From: Bacteroidota bacterium
GTDB lineage: Bacteria > Bacteroidota > Bacteroidia > Flavobacteriales_F > PHOS-HE28
DNA: 64,000 bases
NCBI GenBank assembly: GCA_023418095.1
Contig: JAEZDL010000075.1
Span: 1,800 to 65,799 of the forward strand
Direction of reading: 5' to 3'
Shown: one piece after another, positions 55,990 through 64,000 of the stretch
Layout: the number at the start of each line of letters is the position of its first letter
How positions within the stretch are numbered: position 1 is the stretch's first letter
Notes under the pieces: generated by a model
Told to the model about the DNA's origin: nothing
Databases searched by the model: none
What the model saw: the letters and a program-made list of their open reading frames with translations, nothing else
Position numbers and translations under genes: made by a program

Positions 55990-58614
55990 CTACCGGCCAT
56001 TCAAGCTGTGTGCGACGATCCTGCCCGCCGTGTTGCGCGTGATCATTTCCGGCACACCATCGAGGTTCAGATCGGAGGTAACCGGCGGGATCGTGCCTTC
56101 CACCGTTGTTCCCCGCATCGCGTTCCCATCCGCATCTATAAGACCTACACGTTGCGCCGATGGCATCAACATGCCGATCGCGACCGAGCCACCGATCTTG
56201 CCCGGCGTGCCCGTTATGGTGATCGGCGAGCCGAAACTCCGGCTGAATACCACCTGTCGATCACGGAACACGGTTAGCGTATCCGTGCGTACCTGCGCCA
56301 CTTCATCCTTACCATCACCATCGATGTCGATCACCGTGAACAGGCCATCTTCCTCGGTCGAAAGTTTCTCCACCGCACCTTCGAAAGTGCCTTTTTGAAG
56401 TACATCGGCGGTATCCTTCCAGATGATGTATGACGAAAGGATATCGGTACCCGGCACGATCCGTTGCACCGAAGGCGAAGCACCGAGTTGAAGTGCAGTA
56501 CGCTCGCGCACCTTGCCGCGCCGATCGAGGATGTGCAGATCCCCGCTGTTGTCCGCCAGCACCAGATAATCCTTGTTCTTGATCCGTAGATGGTGCACCG
56601 GGCATACCGCGACCGAATTCATCCTGGGGATCTCCCAACCCTTCACCTCAGCGCCATCGGCCCCGTAGTTCAGGATCCTGCCCTCAACAGTTGGCAGAAG
56701 GATCCTGTAATCGCGATCCTTCTCATAATCCATGACCGAAGCGGGCACCGTGGCTTTTTCGGGAAGGCGGATCGGGAAGTTGCCCACATGTTTCCCGTTG
56801 CGATCGATCAGGTAAAGCCGGTCGGCGGTGTTGAACAGGAGTTGAAGCTTGCCGTTCCTGAAGCGATCGATCTGGTGCACATCACCCAGGATCGGCCCAT
56901 CGAGCTTGATGCTCCAGAGCAACCTGCCTGTACTGCCGATCAGGTGGATCGAATTGTTCACATCCTGCACAAGCACCTCATTGGTGTTGTTGGTGTGGTT
57001 GCGTACGATGAATGGGGCGCGATCCACCAATGTGTCGATCGGGACCTCCCAGAGTACACCGCTCTCTTTTTGCTGTATCGGTGCATGTTGCACGCCCGCC
57101 ACGATGTGGAAGAATCCATGCTGGCCGGGCGAGATCTGGACCGAGATCATTCCGATCCGTGACATGAGTTCGCCAAGGCGTGCTTTTGTCCTTTCGGGAA
57201 ATTGGAGGCGTTCCCGGATCATATCCTTCGATCGGCCCACATCCACGCGTACCATGCGCCCGAACGAACTGGTGATCTGCTGTTCCCAGGCAGCGCCCCG
57301 CGGTTCCACCGCCAGCGGATCGCCATCGTTCCAGCCATCGATCGAAAGTTTCAACGCGTCGGTACCTGGGGAGAAGATCACCATGTCGCCAAGGATCGTC
57401 CACCATGCGCTATCGAACGCGGCGAAGCGATCACCGAAGATCCCTTTGAGGCCGTTCCCGGCGGGCAATTGCTGGAGAAGGTTCCCGCGATATTCCTGCT
57501 GAACACACCCGGCCGCGGGATCGCAGAGCGAAGCGATCGAAGTGGTCGCCAGATCGATGTCGCCCGTCTGGAAAATGGCCCATTCCATTTGGGCACCATG
57601 TTCCTCCAAGGCTCGCGCATGGCCGGCCGAACCATCGATCCAGGAAGTGAGCGCCGTAAGCGATCCAGGATCCGCACCACTGCCAGGGTACATGTTCGCC
57701 GGATCGATCACATGCCAGACCTCCAGTGCGGTGACATGCGCAGGCAGCACGCGATCGATGTTCACGCGGCCCGTACCCTGGCTGCGCAATGATCGCAGAT
57801 CCGCATCTTCAGCCGCCGGAGCAAAGAGGCCGCTCAAAAGCAATGCATCTGGTCGCGCGCGCACGTCAAGTGCGGCCCAGCCGGCAGGCATGCGGGCCGC
57901 TTCCATCAGGGGTGGATCGAACCACCGATCGAGCAGTTGAGCCGCATGTTGCACGTTGATCAGCACATGTGCATCTGCACCACCGCCCACAGTACCGCGC
58001 ACCGCAAGGAAAAGACTGTCCTGCAACAGCGCGGAAGGATGGTCCAGTTGATGGAGCACTTCATCCATCGCTTCGGTGGAAGTGGACATGAGCCAGAGCC
58101 GGTCGCGCAAACAGAGGGAGAGCGAAGGAAGCGCGGTATCGGGCTTCACTTTGATGATATCACCCTTGAGCAGACTGTTCTTCGATGCGGCATCCAGCCC
58201 GATCAATTCCGAGAACGCCGATAAGGGGGTCTCCGCTTCGCTCCCTGGCGTTGCGATGAACACCGCGCGGCTGCCTGGATCGTCTCCGGGAAGAAGGCAT
58301 ACCAGCATGGAAGCATCGGTTAGCGCGGTTCGAAGCGCGGCATCATCATGCATGCGTTCGACCGTGCGCGCCATCAACCTGCCGGCCGAAGCGAATGCGG
58401 GGATCTGTTCGAAAGCGCTCCAGAGCTGGGATGTGTGCGTGAACCGGTCCCACGTGTTCCATGCATCGGGAATGGAGATCACCACCGCGGAATTGTCGGG
58501 GATCGCGCGCCATGGATCGGTACGGGAGGAAACATCCTTTCTCCAGTCCCACAGCAGCCAAACCGCCGAAACGGCGATCGCAAGAAGTAGGAGAACAGTG
58601 ATGATCCTTCGCAT
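55990..58614 (-). CDS. large membrane-anchored hypothetical protein with beta-propeller-like C-terminal half
   Basis: 874-aa ORF with an N-terminal TM/signal anchor (MRRIITVLLLLAIAVSAVWLLW). The C-terminal half has repeated strand motifs and FG-GAP/VCBS-like DIDGDGKDEV and DLNLDGVPEM. Confidence 0.7.
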   Translation of the reverse strand: MRRIITVLLLLAIAVSAVWLLWDWRKDVSSRTDPWRAIPDNSAVVISIPDAWNTWDRFTHTSQLWSAFEQIPAFASAGRLMARTVERMHDDAALRTALTDASMLVCLLPGDDPGSRAVFIATPGSEAETPLSAFSELIGLDAASKNSLLKGDIIKVKPDTALPSLSLCLRDRLWLMSTSTEAMDEVLHQLDHPSALLQDSLFLAVRGTVGGGADAHVLINVQHAAQLLDRWFDPPLMEAARMPAGWAALDVRARPDALLLSGLFAPAAEDADLRSLRSQGTGRVNIDRVLPAHVTALEVWHVIDPANMYPGSGADPGSLTALTSWIDGSAGHARALEEHGAQMEWAIFQTGDIDLATTSIASLCDPAAGCVQQEYRGNLLQQLPAGNGLKGIFGDRFAAFDSAWWTILGDMVIFSPGTDALKLSIDGWNDGDPLAVEPRGAAWEQQITSSFGRMVRVDVGRSKDMIRERLQFPERTKARLGELMSRIGMISVQISPGQHGFFHIVAGVQHAPIQQKESGVLWEVPIDTLVDRAPFIVRNHTNNTNEVLVQDVNNSIHLIGSTGRLLWSIKLDGPILGDVHQIDRFRNGKLQLLFNTADRLYLIDRNGKHVGNFPIRLPEKATVPASVMDYEKDRDYRILLPTVEGRILNYGADGAEVKGWEIPRMNSVAVCPVHHLRIKNKDYLVLADNSGDLHILDRRGKVRERTALQLGASPSVQRIVPGTDILSSYIIWKDTADVLQKGTFEGAVEKLSTEEDGLFTVIDIDGDGKDEVAQVRTDTLTVFRDRQVVFSRSFGSPITITGTPGKIGGSVAIGMLMPSAQRVGLIDADGNAMRGTTVEGTIPPVTSDLNLDGVPEMITRNTAGRIVAHSLNGR

Positions 58615-58624
58615 GTGCAGCGAT

Positions 58625-58632
58625 CAAAAGTA
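58625..58632 (-). promoter_or_regulatory. Bacteroidota-type -7 promoter box (TACTTTTG on minus strand)
   Basis: The plus strand reads CAAAAGTA, an exact TAnnTTTG on the minus strand. It lies only 10 nt before the ATG at 58614, implying a very short leader. Confidence 0.35.
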
Positions 58633-58696
58633 TCTGCGATCCTTTGGCCGGTGCGGCATGGCCAACACCCGTTTGCACACCAGCGTGTGAACAGGA

Positions 58697-59299
58697 TCAG
58701 GAATGCTCCAGCTCTTCCCAGTAGCTGAGGCGGAAGCTCTGGCGGTGATGCTCGGTGGGGCCGATCGCATCCAGCACGGATCGATGATCCACGGTGGGAT
58801 AGCCCTTGTTCGAAAGCCAGTTGTATTGCGGATGCTGCTGGTGCAGATCCGCCATCATCGCATCGCGATGCGTTTTGGCGAGAATGCTCGCCGCCGCGAT
58901 GCTGCGGAATTTTCCATCGCCTTCAATGATGCAAACATGCGGGATCGAAGGATATGGGTTGAATCGATTCCCATCGATCAGCAATTGTTGCGGCACCAAT
59001 TTCAACGCCGCGATCGCGCGGTGCATCGCAAGAAATGAAGCATGCAGGATGTTGATCCGATCGATCTCCTCCGGAGTTGCCAGCGCAACGGACCACGCCA
59101 GTGCGCGTTCTTCGATCAGGATCCGCAGTTCAGCGCGTTGTCCGGCATCGAGCTTCTTGCTATCGTCCAGGCCTGGCAAACGCACGCGTGGCGGAAGGAT
59201 CACCGCAGCGGCGACGACCGGACCTGCGAGACAACCGCGGCCGGCCTCATCGCAGCCCGCTTCCAGCAGACCTTTGGTATGTTGCGGCGAAAGCGCCAT
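58697..59299 (-). CDS. rnhB: ribonuclease HII
   Basis: 200-aa ORF with GCDEAGRGCLAGPVVAAAV and the DDSKKL motif. Confidence 0.94.
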   Translation of the reverse strand: MALSPQHTKGLLEAGCDEAGRGCLAGPVVAAAVILPPRVRLPGLDDSKKLDAGQRAELRILIEERALAWSVALATPEEIDRINILHASFLAMHRAIAALKLVPQQLLIDGNRFNPYPSIPHVCIIEGDGKFRSIAAASILAKTHRDAMMADLHQQHPQYNWLSNKGYPTVDHRSVLDAIGPTEHHRQSFRLSYWEELEHS

Positions 59300-59350
59300 C
59301 GCAGCGAAAGTAGAAGTGATCGCGTGTAACGGAGGCGATCGTTGAAAAGA

Positions 59351-60496
59351 TCACTTCCGATCCTGCTTCGGAGCGGCCATCATCCGTTGGAAACTTTTCC
59401 AGAGATCGGCAGCTGCATTCTCCCAAGTGAAGCGTTGCGATCGGATCAGACCACGTTCGATCATTCCTTCGCGCAATTCCTGATCGGTGATCACGCGATG
59501 CAATCCATTGGCAATGTCATCCATATCGAATGGATCGCAATAGAGTGCGGCATCGCCGCCGATCTCGGGCAGGCTTGTTCGATCGGAAGTGAGCACCGGA
59601 ACGCCACAGCGCATGGCTTCTGCGAGCGGGATCCCGAAACCTTCGAAATAGCTCACGAACGCCAGGGCTTCAGCGCCCCCCAAGGCATTGCAAAGCGATC
59701 CCTGATCGAGGCGCCCGGTGAAGTGGATCAGGTCCTTTTGTTTCACTTCATTCCAAGCCTGCTTCATGCGATCATCCCACCAGAAACTTTCACCAACGAT
59801 AACCAGGCGGTGCGGCAGATCGTGGCTGTTCACCATTCGATCGAAAGCCGTGAGCAAGCGTGCGATGTTCTTGCGCGGATGCAGCGAACCCACACAGATC
59901 ACGTACGGCGCACCTTGCGCATAACGCTCGCGTGCTTCCTGTTTCGCGGCAGGTTCCAATGGATGGAACTTCGATCCGATCCCGTTGTACACCACATCGA
60001 TCTTGCCTGGATCGATACCGTATGTTTTGGCGATATCATTTTTCGAGAACTCGCTCACCGTTGCGATCCGATCGGCGCGTCGGGCGAAACGCGGGAAATA
60101 GCCTCTGTAATAATTGCTGTAGGCTTTTGGCAGATCCTCTGGATAATGCTCAAAATTCAGATCATGGATCACCGCGAGAGAAGGGATCGAGCTTTGAAGC
60201 GGAAGGAATCCATCGGGACTGATGAACGCATCGAACCTGTTGCGATCGAGGTACCACGGAAGCACATGATCGAACCAGACGCGATAGAGAAGCGGATGGC
60301 GCGTAGGCGGCGGAAGCACGATCCCTTTCACGTTGGATCCATAGATCCAGCGCCGATCGAATTTCCGATCGAAAATGAACGTGAACTCATATTCGGGTTG
60401 CGCCTGTACGATGCGAGAAAGCGTTTCATGGGTGAACCAGCCGATGCCTTCGAGCTTGCCGGGAAGCAATAGCCGGGTGTTCACCGCGATGCGCAT
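59351..60496 (-). CDS. glycosyltransferase, GT-B fold (GT4/group 1-like)
   Basis: ORF 59351..60799 trimmed to Met 60496 (MRIAVNTRLLLPGKLEGIGWF...), giving 381 aa, with a C-terminal EGFGIPLAEAMRCGVPVLTSD motif. The discarded N-terminal extension reads through an intergenic repeat. Confidence 0.85.
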   Translation of the reverse strand: MRIAVNTRLLLPGKLEGIGWFTHETLSRIVQAQPEYEFTFIFDRKFDRRWIYGSNVKGIVLPPPTRHPLLYRVWFDHVLPWYLDRNRFDAFISPDGFLPLQSSIPSLAVIHDLNFEHYPEDLPKAYSNYYRGYFPRFARRADRIATVSEFSKNDIAKTYGIDPGKIDVVYNGIGSKFHPLEPAAKQEARERYAQGAPYVICVGSLHPRKNIARLLTAFDRMVNSHDLPHRLVIVGESFWWDDRMKQAWNEVKQKDLIHFTGRLDQGSLCNALGGAEALAFVSYFEGFGIPLAEAMRCGVPVLTSDRTSLPEIGGDAALYCDPFDMDDIANGLHRVITDQELREGMIERGLIRSQRFTWENAAADLWKSFQRMMAAPKQDRK

Positions 60497-60689
60497 GGGC
60501 GGCAAAGGTGGTGAAGCGGAGTGAAAGGTTCGGGAAGTGGTACTGTGTGTTTGGATGGGATCTTGCGTGAGCGATCGCAGCGGCAGCCTGCCGCAGCCGA
60601 AGCGTTGCCAATGCACGCGCGAGGAGGCGACCGCAGGAAGCCACCGCAGCCGCGCATTCGGCCGCTGAGGCAAGGCAGCTAAAGCGAAG

Positions 60690-60742
60690 AGCGCGACCCT
60701 CTGTCCCGCAGTACTGCGGGACAGAGGGGCACGCCCAAAAGG
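60690..60742 (-). repeat. intergenic repeat element, copy C (module 1) with a perfect 15-bp-arm palindrome
   Basis: The minus strand reads TTTTGGGCGTGCCCCT-CTGTCCCGCAG-ta-CTGCGGGACAG-AGGGTCGCGCT, with the palindrome at 60697-60728. The flanks are identical to copy B (35348-35392). Confidence 0.65.
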
Positions 60743-60786
60743 TAAAACTGCACAGATCGCACTGAAGCTGCCATCTTCGCAGCCGG

Positions 60787-62226
60787 ATGCAACGGACATT
60801 CATCACCAACCTGGCGCTGCTGCTGCTGCTGAACCTGTTGGTGAAGCCGTTCTATATCCTGGGGATCGATGCCGGTGTGCAGGATGCCGTGGGATCGGCT
60901 GAATACGGGACGTATGCGGCGCTGCTGAGCCTCAGTTTCCTGCTCAACATCATCCTCGATCTGGGGATCACGAATTACAATACGCGCAACATTGCGCAGC
61001 ATACGCAGCTGCTCGGAAAATACCTTGGGCATATCGCGGGGATCCGGTTGTTGCTCGCGCTGATCTATGCGGCGATCACCGCGCTTGCCGGTCTGTGGCT
61101 CGGATATTCCGCCCATCAGCTGCAGTTGCTCGGCTGGCTCATCTTCAACCAGGTACTCGTCGCGTCGATCCTTTATTTGCGAAGCAATATCGCGGGTGCC
61201 CAGCGCTATAGGCAGGATAGTTTCCTGAGCGTGCTGGATCGGTCCCTGCTGATCGGCGTGATCGGCTGGCTTCTGTGGGGCAGGGAAGGGGAATTCCGGA
61301 TCGAATGGTTCGTGTGGGCGCAAACGGGCGCTTATGCGATCACATTCCTCGTGGCGCTGGCCATGGTATTGCGGCTTTCGGAAGGATCGAAGCTGAACCT
61401 GAGATCACCTATCGGGCTGGTGATGCTTCGCCAGAGTTCTCCGTACGCCTTGCTGATCTTGCTGATGACCTTCTATTACCGGATCGATACGCTGATGCTG
61501 GAGCGGATCTCGGGCGATCTGCATGCGGGGATCTATATGCAGGGTTTCCGCTTCTTCGAGGCGTTGAACATGCTTGGTTACCTCTTTGCAGGATTACTTC
61601 TCCCGATGTTCAGCCGCATGCTGAAACAGAAGGATGATGTGACCCCGCTCGCGTTCACGGCTTTCAAGCTGGTGATGGCGGGAGCGATACCGATCGCGAT
61701 ATACGGTTGTTTCCGATCGGAACAGATCATGGAATTGCGCTACACCGAGCATACGGATCTATCCGCGCCGGCGTTCGCCGTGTTGATCTGGTGCTTCGTG
61801 GCGGTGGCGACCACCTATATCTTCGGAACATTGCTCACGGCCGGCGGCCGTTTGCGTGCGCTCAATTGGATGGCGGCGGGCGGTGCGGTGCTCAACATCC
61901 TTCTCAACCTGATCCTGATCCCGCGTATGCAGGCCGAAGGAGCGGCGTGGTCGAGCCTTGGTACCCAGGTACTTACGGCTGTGATCCAGGTTTTTCTGGC
62001 GGTCAAATTCTTCAAGATCCGGGCACTTTCATCGGTAATTGCGCGGATCGCTCTGTATGCTTCCGGGCTGCTCGGTGCGTTCCTGTTGCTCGATCATCTT
62101 TGGAAAGATCCGATCGGATCGGCGATCTTCTATTTCATATTCTCACTTTTGTGGGCTTTCTTGACGGGCCTGATCGGCCTAAAACCTTTGTTGCATGCCT
62201 TCGACAGACGAACCGAAGATCATTAA
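60787..62226 (+). CDS. polysaccharide/oligosaccharide flippase (MOP superfamily, Wzx-like)
   Basis: 479-aa ORF, highly hydrophobic with about 12-14 predicted TM segments by eye, adjacent to the GT and Wzz-like genes. Confidence 0.75.
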   Translation: MQRTFITNLALLLLLNLLVKPFYILGIDAGVQDAVGSAEYGTYAALLSLSFLLNIILDLGITNYNTRNIAQHTQLLGKYLGHIAGIRLLLALIYAAITALAGLWLGYSAHQLQLLGWLIFNQVLVASILYLRSNIAGAQRYRQDSFLSVLDRSLLIGVIGWLLWGREGEFRIEWFVWAQTGAYAITFLVALAMVLRLSEGSKLNLRSPIGLVMLRQSSPYALLILLMTFYYRIDTLMLERISGDLHAGIYMQGFRFFEALNMLGYLFAGLLLPMFSRMLKQKDDVTPLAFTAFKLVMAGAIPIAIYGCFRSEQIMELRYTEHTDLSAPAFAVLIWCFVAVATTYIFGTLLTAGGRLRALNWMAAGGAVLNILLNLILIPRMQAEGAAWSSLGTQVLTAVIQVFLAVKFFKIRALSSVIARIALYASGLLGAFLLLDHLWKDPIGSAIFYFIFSLLWAFLTGLIGLKPLLHAFDRRTEDH

Positions 62227-63307
62227 GACCACAGGACGCCAGCCGGGCACGACCCAATTCCGATCGGGACTGAAGCCAACGGTGCCCTCCACACCGATCG
62301 CAGTATCGAACGAGCCCTCCTTCGATCTGGTGATCTTCCTCTGGGCCCGGCGCAAATTCATCCTGGCGATCACCTTGCTCGGTGCGCTTGCGGGCGCGAT
62401 AGCCGCTTTCGTGGTGGATCCGCTCTTCAAGAGCGAAGTGGTGATGTTCCCGGCGGTCACCAATTCAGCTTCAAAATCGCTTTTGAACAACCAGGTCACC
62501 GGCCGTGACGACATTCTGGCGCTGGGAGACGAGGAGGACAGCGAACAGCTGATGCAGATCCTGCATTCGGTGAAGATCCGCGACCGGGTCGCCAATCGGT
62601 TCGATCTCTATACCGTTTACGGGATCGACAAGGACGACAAGCACCGGAAGACTGAGCTGGCCGATGCGTATGAGAACTACGTGACCTTTGAACGCACGCG
62701 TTACGGCAGCGTTCGGGTGGAGGTGCTGGATGAAGATCCGGAACGCGCGGCGCAGATGGCGAACTTCATCGCGGCGCAGGTGGATACCGTTTGGAAGGAG
62801 ATGGCCTACGAGCGCGCGGGCCGCGGTTTCGAGATCGTGAAGAGAAAGGTGGAAAGCCTGGAGGCCGATATCGCGCAGATGAGCGACAGCATGCGCGGGC
62901 TCCGCCAGCTGGGCATACACGATTACCACACACAGACCGAGCGGTACAACGAATACCTCGGCGCGGCGATCCTGAAAGGCGATCAGCGCGCGATCGGCGA
63001 GATCGAGGATCGGTTCAAGACACTGGCTGAATTTGGCGGTACGTACGTGCTCCTGCAGGATCGGTTGATCAACGAAGTGGAAAGGCTCACATTCCTGAAG
63101 ATGAAGTTGGAAATGGCACGTGCGGACCTGGAGAACGACATGCCGCACAAGTTCGTGGTGAACGAAGCGCAGCCTGCCGACAAGAAGAGCTACCCCATCC
63201 GCTGGCTTTTCGTCGCGATCAGCGCCGTATCAGCATTCCTGCTGGCATTGCTCCTGATCGTTGTTCAGGAGAACATCAAAAAGATCCGGCCCGCACATGA
63301 GAGATGA
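62195..63307 (+). CDS. Wzz/GumC-like polysaccharide chain-length-determinant protein (no kinase domain)
   Basis: 370-aa ORF with an N-terminal TM (FILAITLLGALAGAIAAFVV), a coiled-coil periplasmic region and a C-terminal TM (WLFVAISAVSAFLLALLLIVV). It overlaps the flippase gene by 32 nt. Confidence 0.7.
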   Translation: MPSTDEPKIIKTTGRQPGTTQFRSGLKPTVPSTPIAVSNEPSFDLVIFLWARRKFILAITLLGALAGAIAAFVVDPLFKSEVVMFPAVTNSASKSLLNNQVTGRDDILALGDEEDSEQLMQILHSVKIRDRVANRFDLYTVYGIDKDDKHRKTELADAYENYVTFERTRYGSVRVEVLDEDPERAAQMANFIAAQVDTVWKEMAYERAGRGFEIVKRKVESLEADIAQMSDSMRGLRQLGIHDYHTQTERYNEYLGAAILKGDQRAIGEIEDRFKTLAEFGGTYVLLQDRLINEVERLTFLKMKLEMARADLENDMPHKFVVNEAQPADKKSYPIRWLFVAISAVSAFLLALLLIVVQENIKKIRPAHER

Positions 63308-64000
63308 TATCGGAGTGAAGGATCCGGCTCGGAAGCGACCTGCCCATGCGGATCGGATCGATGAGGACCTGGGTTTTCGTGGATCGCTGAACGTGTTGCG
63401 CGATGGGTGGAAGCCGATCCTGGCCGTGGGCGCGATCGCGCTGGTGCTTTCCGCGATATTCAGCGGGCCAACGTTCATAAGACCGCGTTACAGGTCCACC
63501 GCCACCGTCTATCCGGTGAACCTCAACAGCTATTCGATCGAGACCCGGACCGATCAGTTGCTGCAACTGCTGGAGAGCAACAGCATCCGCGACTCGTTGA
63601 TCGCGCGTTTCGACCTGCTGAAGGTGTATGATGTGGATACCGGATCGGCGGGTGGATATCATGCGTTGTACAACGAATACGCCGACCGGGTGGATATCAC
63701 CAAGACACGGTATGAATCCGTACAGATAGAGGTGGTGGACGAGGATCCGCGCCGGGCGCGGGACATGGTGAGCATGATGCTCGATCAGGTGAACCTGCTG
63801 GCACGAAGGCTTCAAAGGGAAAAGAGCGAAGAGATCCTGAGGATCTCCGAACGGGCGCTCGCACATGAGCGCGAAAAGCTCGATTCCGTTGAGCGGCGGT
63901 TGCAGCAGTTACGCAATGAAGCAGGGATCCTTTCCTACGAAAGCCAGGTGCGCGAGCTTACGAAAGGCTATGTGCGCATGGTGCAGGAAGGCGTACCCAG
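63297..64000 (+). CDS. second Wzz/GumC-like protein, paralogue of the preceding gene (3' end beyond window)
   Basis: ATG 63297 overlaps the previous stop by 11 nt, and the frame stays open to the window end. It reads MRDDIGVKD...WKPILAVGAIALVLSAIFSG...IRDSLIARFDLLKVYDV...RYESVQIEVVDEDPRRARDM, parallel to ...IRDRVANRFDLYTVYGI...RYGSVRVEVLDEDPERAAQM in 62195..63307. Confidence 0.75.
   Translation, partial: MRDDIGVKDPARKRPAHADRIDEDLGFRGSLNVLRDGWKPILAVGAIALVLSAIFSGPTFIRPRYRSTATVYPVNLNSYSIETRTDQLLQLLESNSIRDSLIARFDLLKVYDVDTGSAGGYHALYNEYADRVDITKTRYESVQIEVVDEDPRRARDMVSMMLDQVNLLARRLQREKSEEILRISERALAHEREKLDSVERRLQQLRNEAGILSYESQVRELTKGYVRMVQEGVP

Noticed and set aside
59300-59350. Near-consensus promoter boxes with one mismatch, for example TACTTTCG (minus strand) upstream of rnhB and similar near-matches upstream of the OsmC gene and the GT.
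   Set aside because: One-mismatch matches to an 8-mer with only 6 fixed bases are too frequent to call without TSS data.
60497-60799. 101-aa N-terminal extension of the glycosyltransferase ORF.
   Set aside because: The extension reads through the palindromic repeat (..FGRAPLSRSTAGQ..). The canonical GT N-terminus MRIAVNTRLL begins at 60496.

Overview
This 64-kb chromosomal window has Bacteroidota-type gene content: T9SS cargo proteins, PorP/SprF, a GWxTD protein and TAnnTTTG -7 promoter boxes. Hand-sampled stretches are about 55-58% GC.

Gene content in order:
- Bases 1-13363 hold the contiguous S10-spc-alpha ribosomal-protein supercluster (partial rplW through rplQ, with secY, map, infA and rpoA). 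rpmD and rpmJ are present but fall below the ORF-track size cut-off.
- A lower-GC hypothetical gene split over two or three frames, then carA and eno.
- A T9SS block: an M1 aminopeptidase with a type-A C-terminal domain (CTD), then a 2335-aa choice-of-anchor-L / SprB-repeat adhesin with a type-B CTD, followed by PorP/SprF and an OmpA/PD40 protein.
- An rlmB-like methyltransferase, a GWxTD protein, an L,D-transpeptidase, an Omp85-family protein and ung.
- OsmC, lipA, an orphan antitoxin-like ORF and gap.
- A 7-gene minus-strand array with overlapping stop/start codons: lpxK, PNP, an LVIVD/T9SS protein, gatB, a TlpA-like protein, a 1000-aa M1 peptidase and lpxH.
- A Nif3-like plus zinc-ribbon gene pair, then trkA-trkH.
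- An 874-aa membrane-anchored propeller-like hypothetical, then rnhB.
- The start of a polysaccharide locus: a GT, a Wzx-like flippase and two tandem Wzz-like paralogues.

I found no rRNA, tRNA, CRISPR, transposase/integrase or recognisable defence genes, and I cannot point to a convincing new multi-gene system.

The most unusual signals are compositional and structural:
- a strong excess of GATC/CGATCG and of the HIP1-type palindrome GCGATCGC;
- a modular intergenic repeat family with covarying hairpins at 3 loci;
- stem-loops and tracts built from heptamer repeats;
- an RGG-like tail on uS3;
- local low-GC patches.
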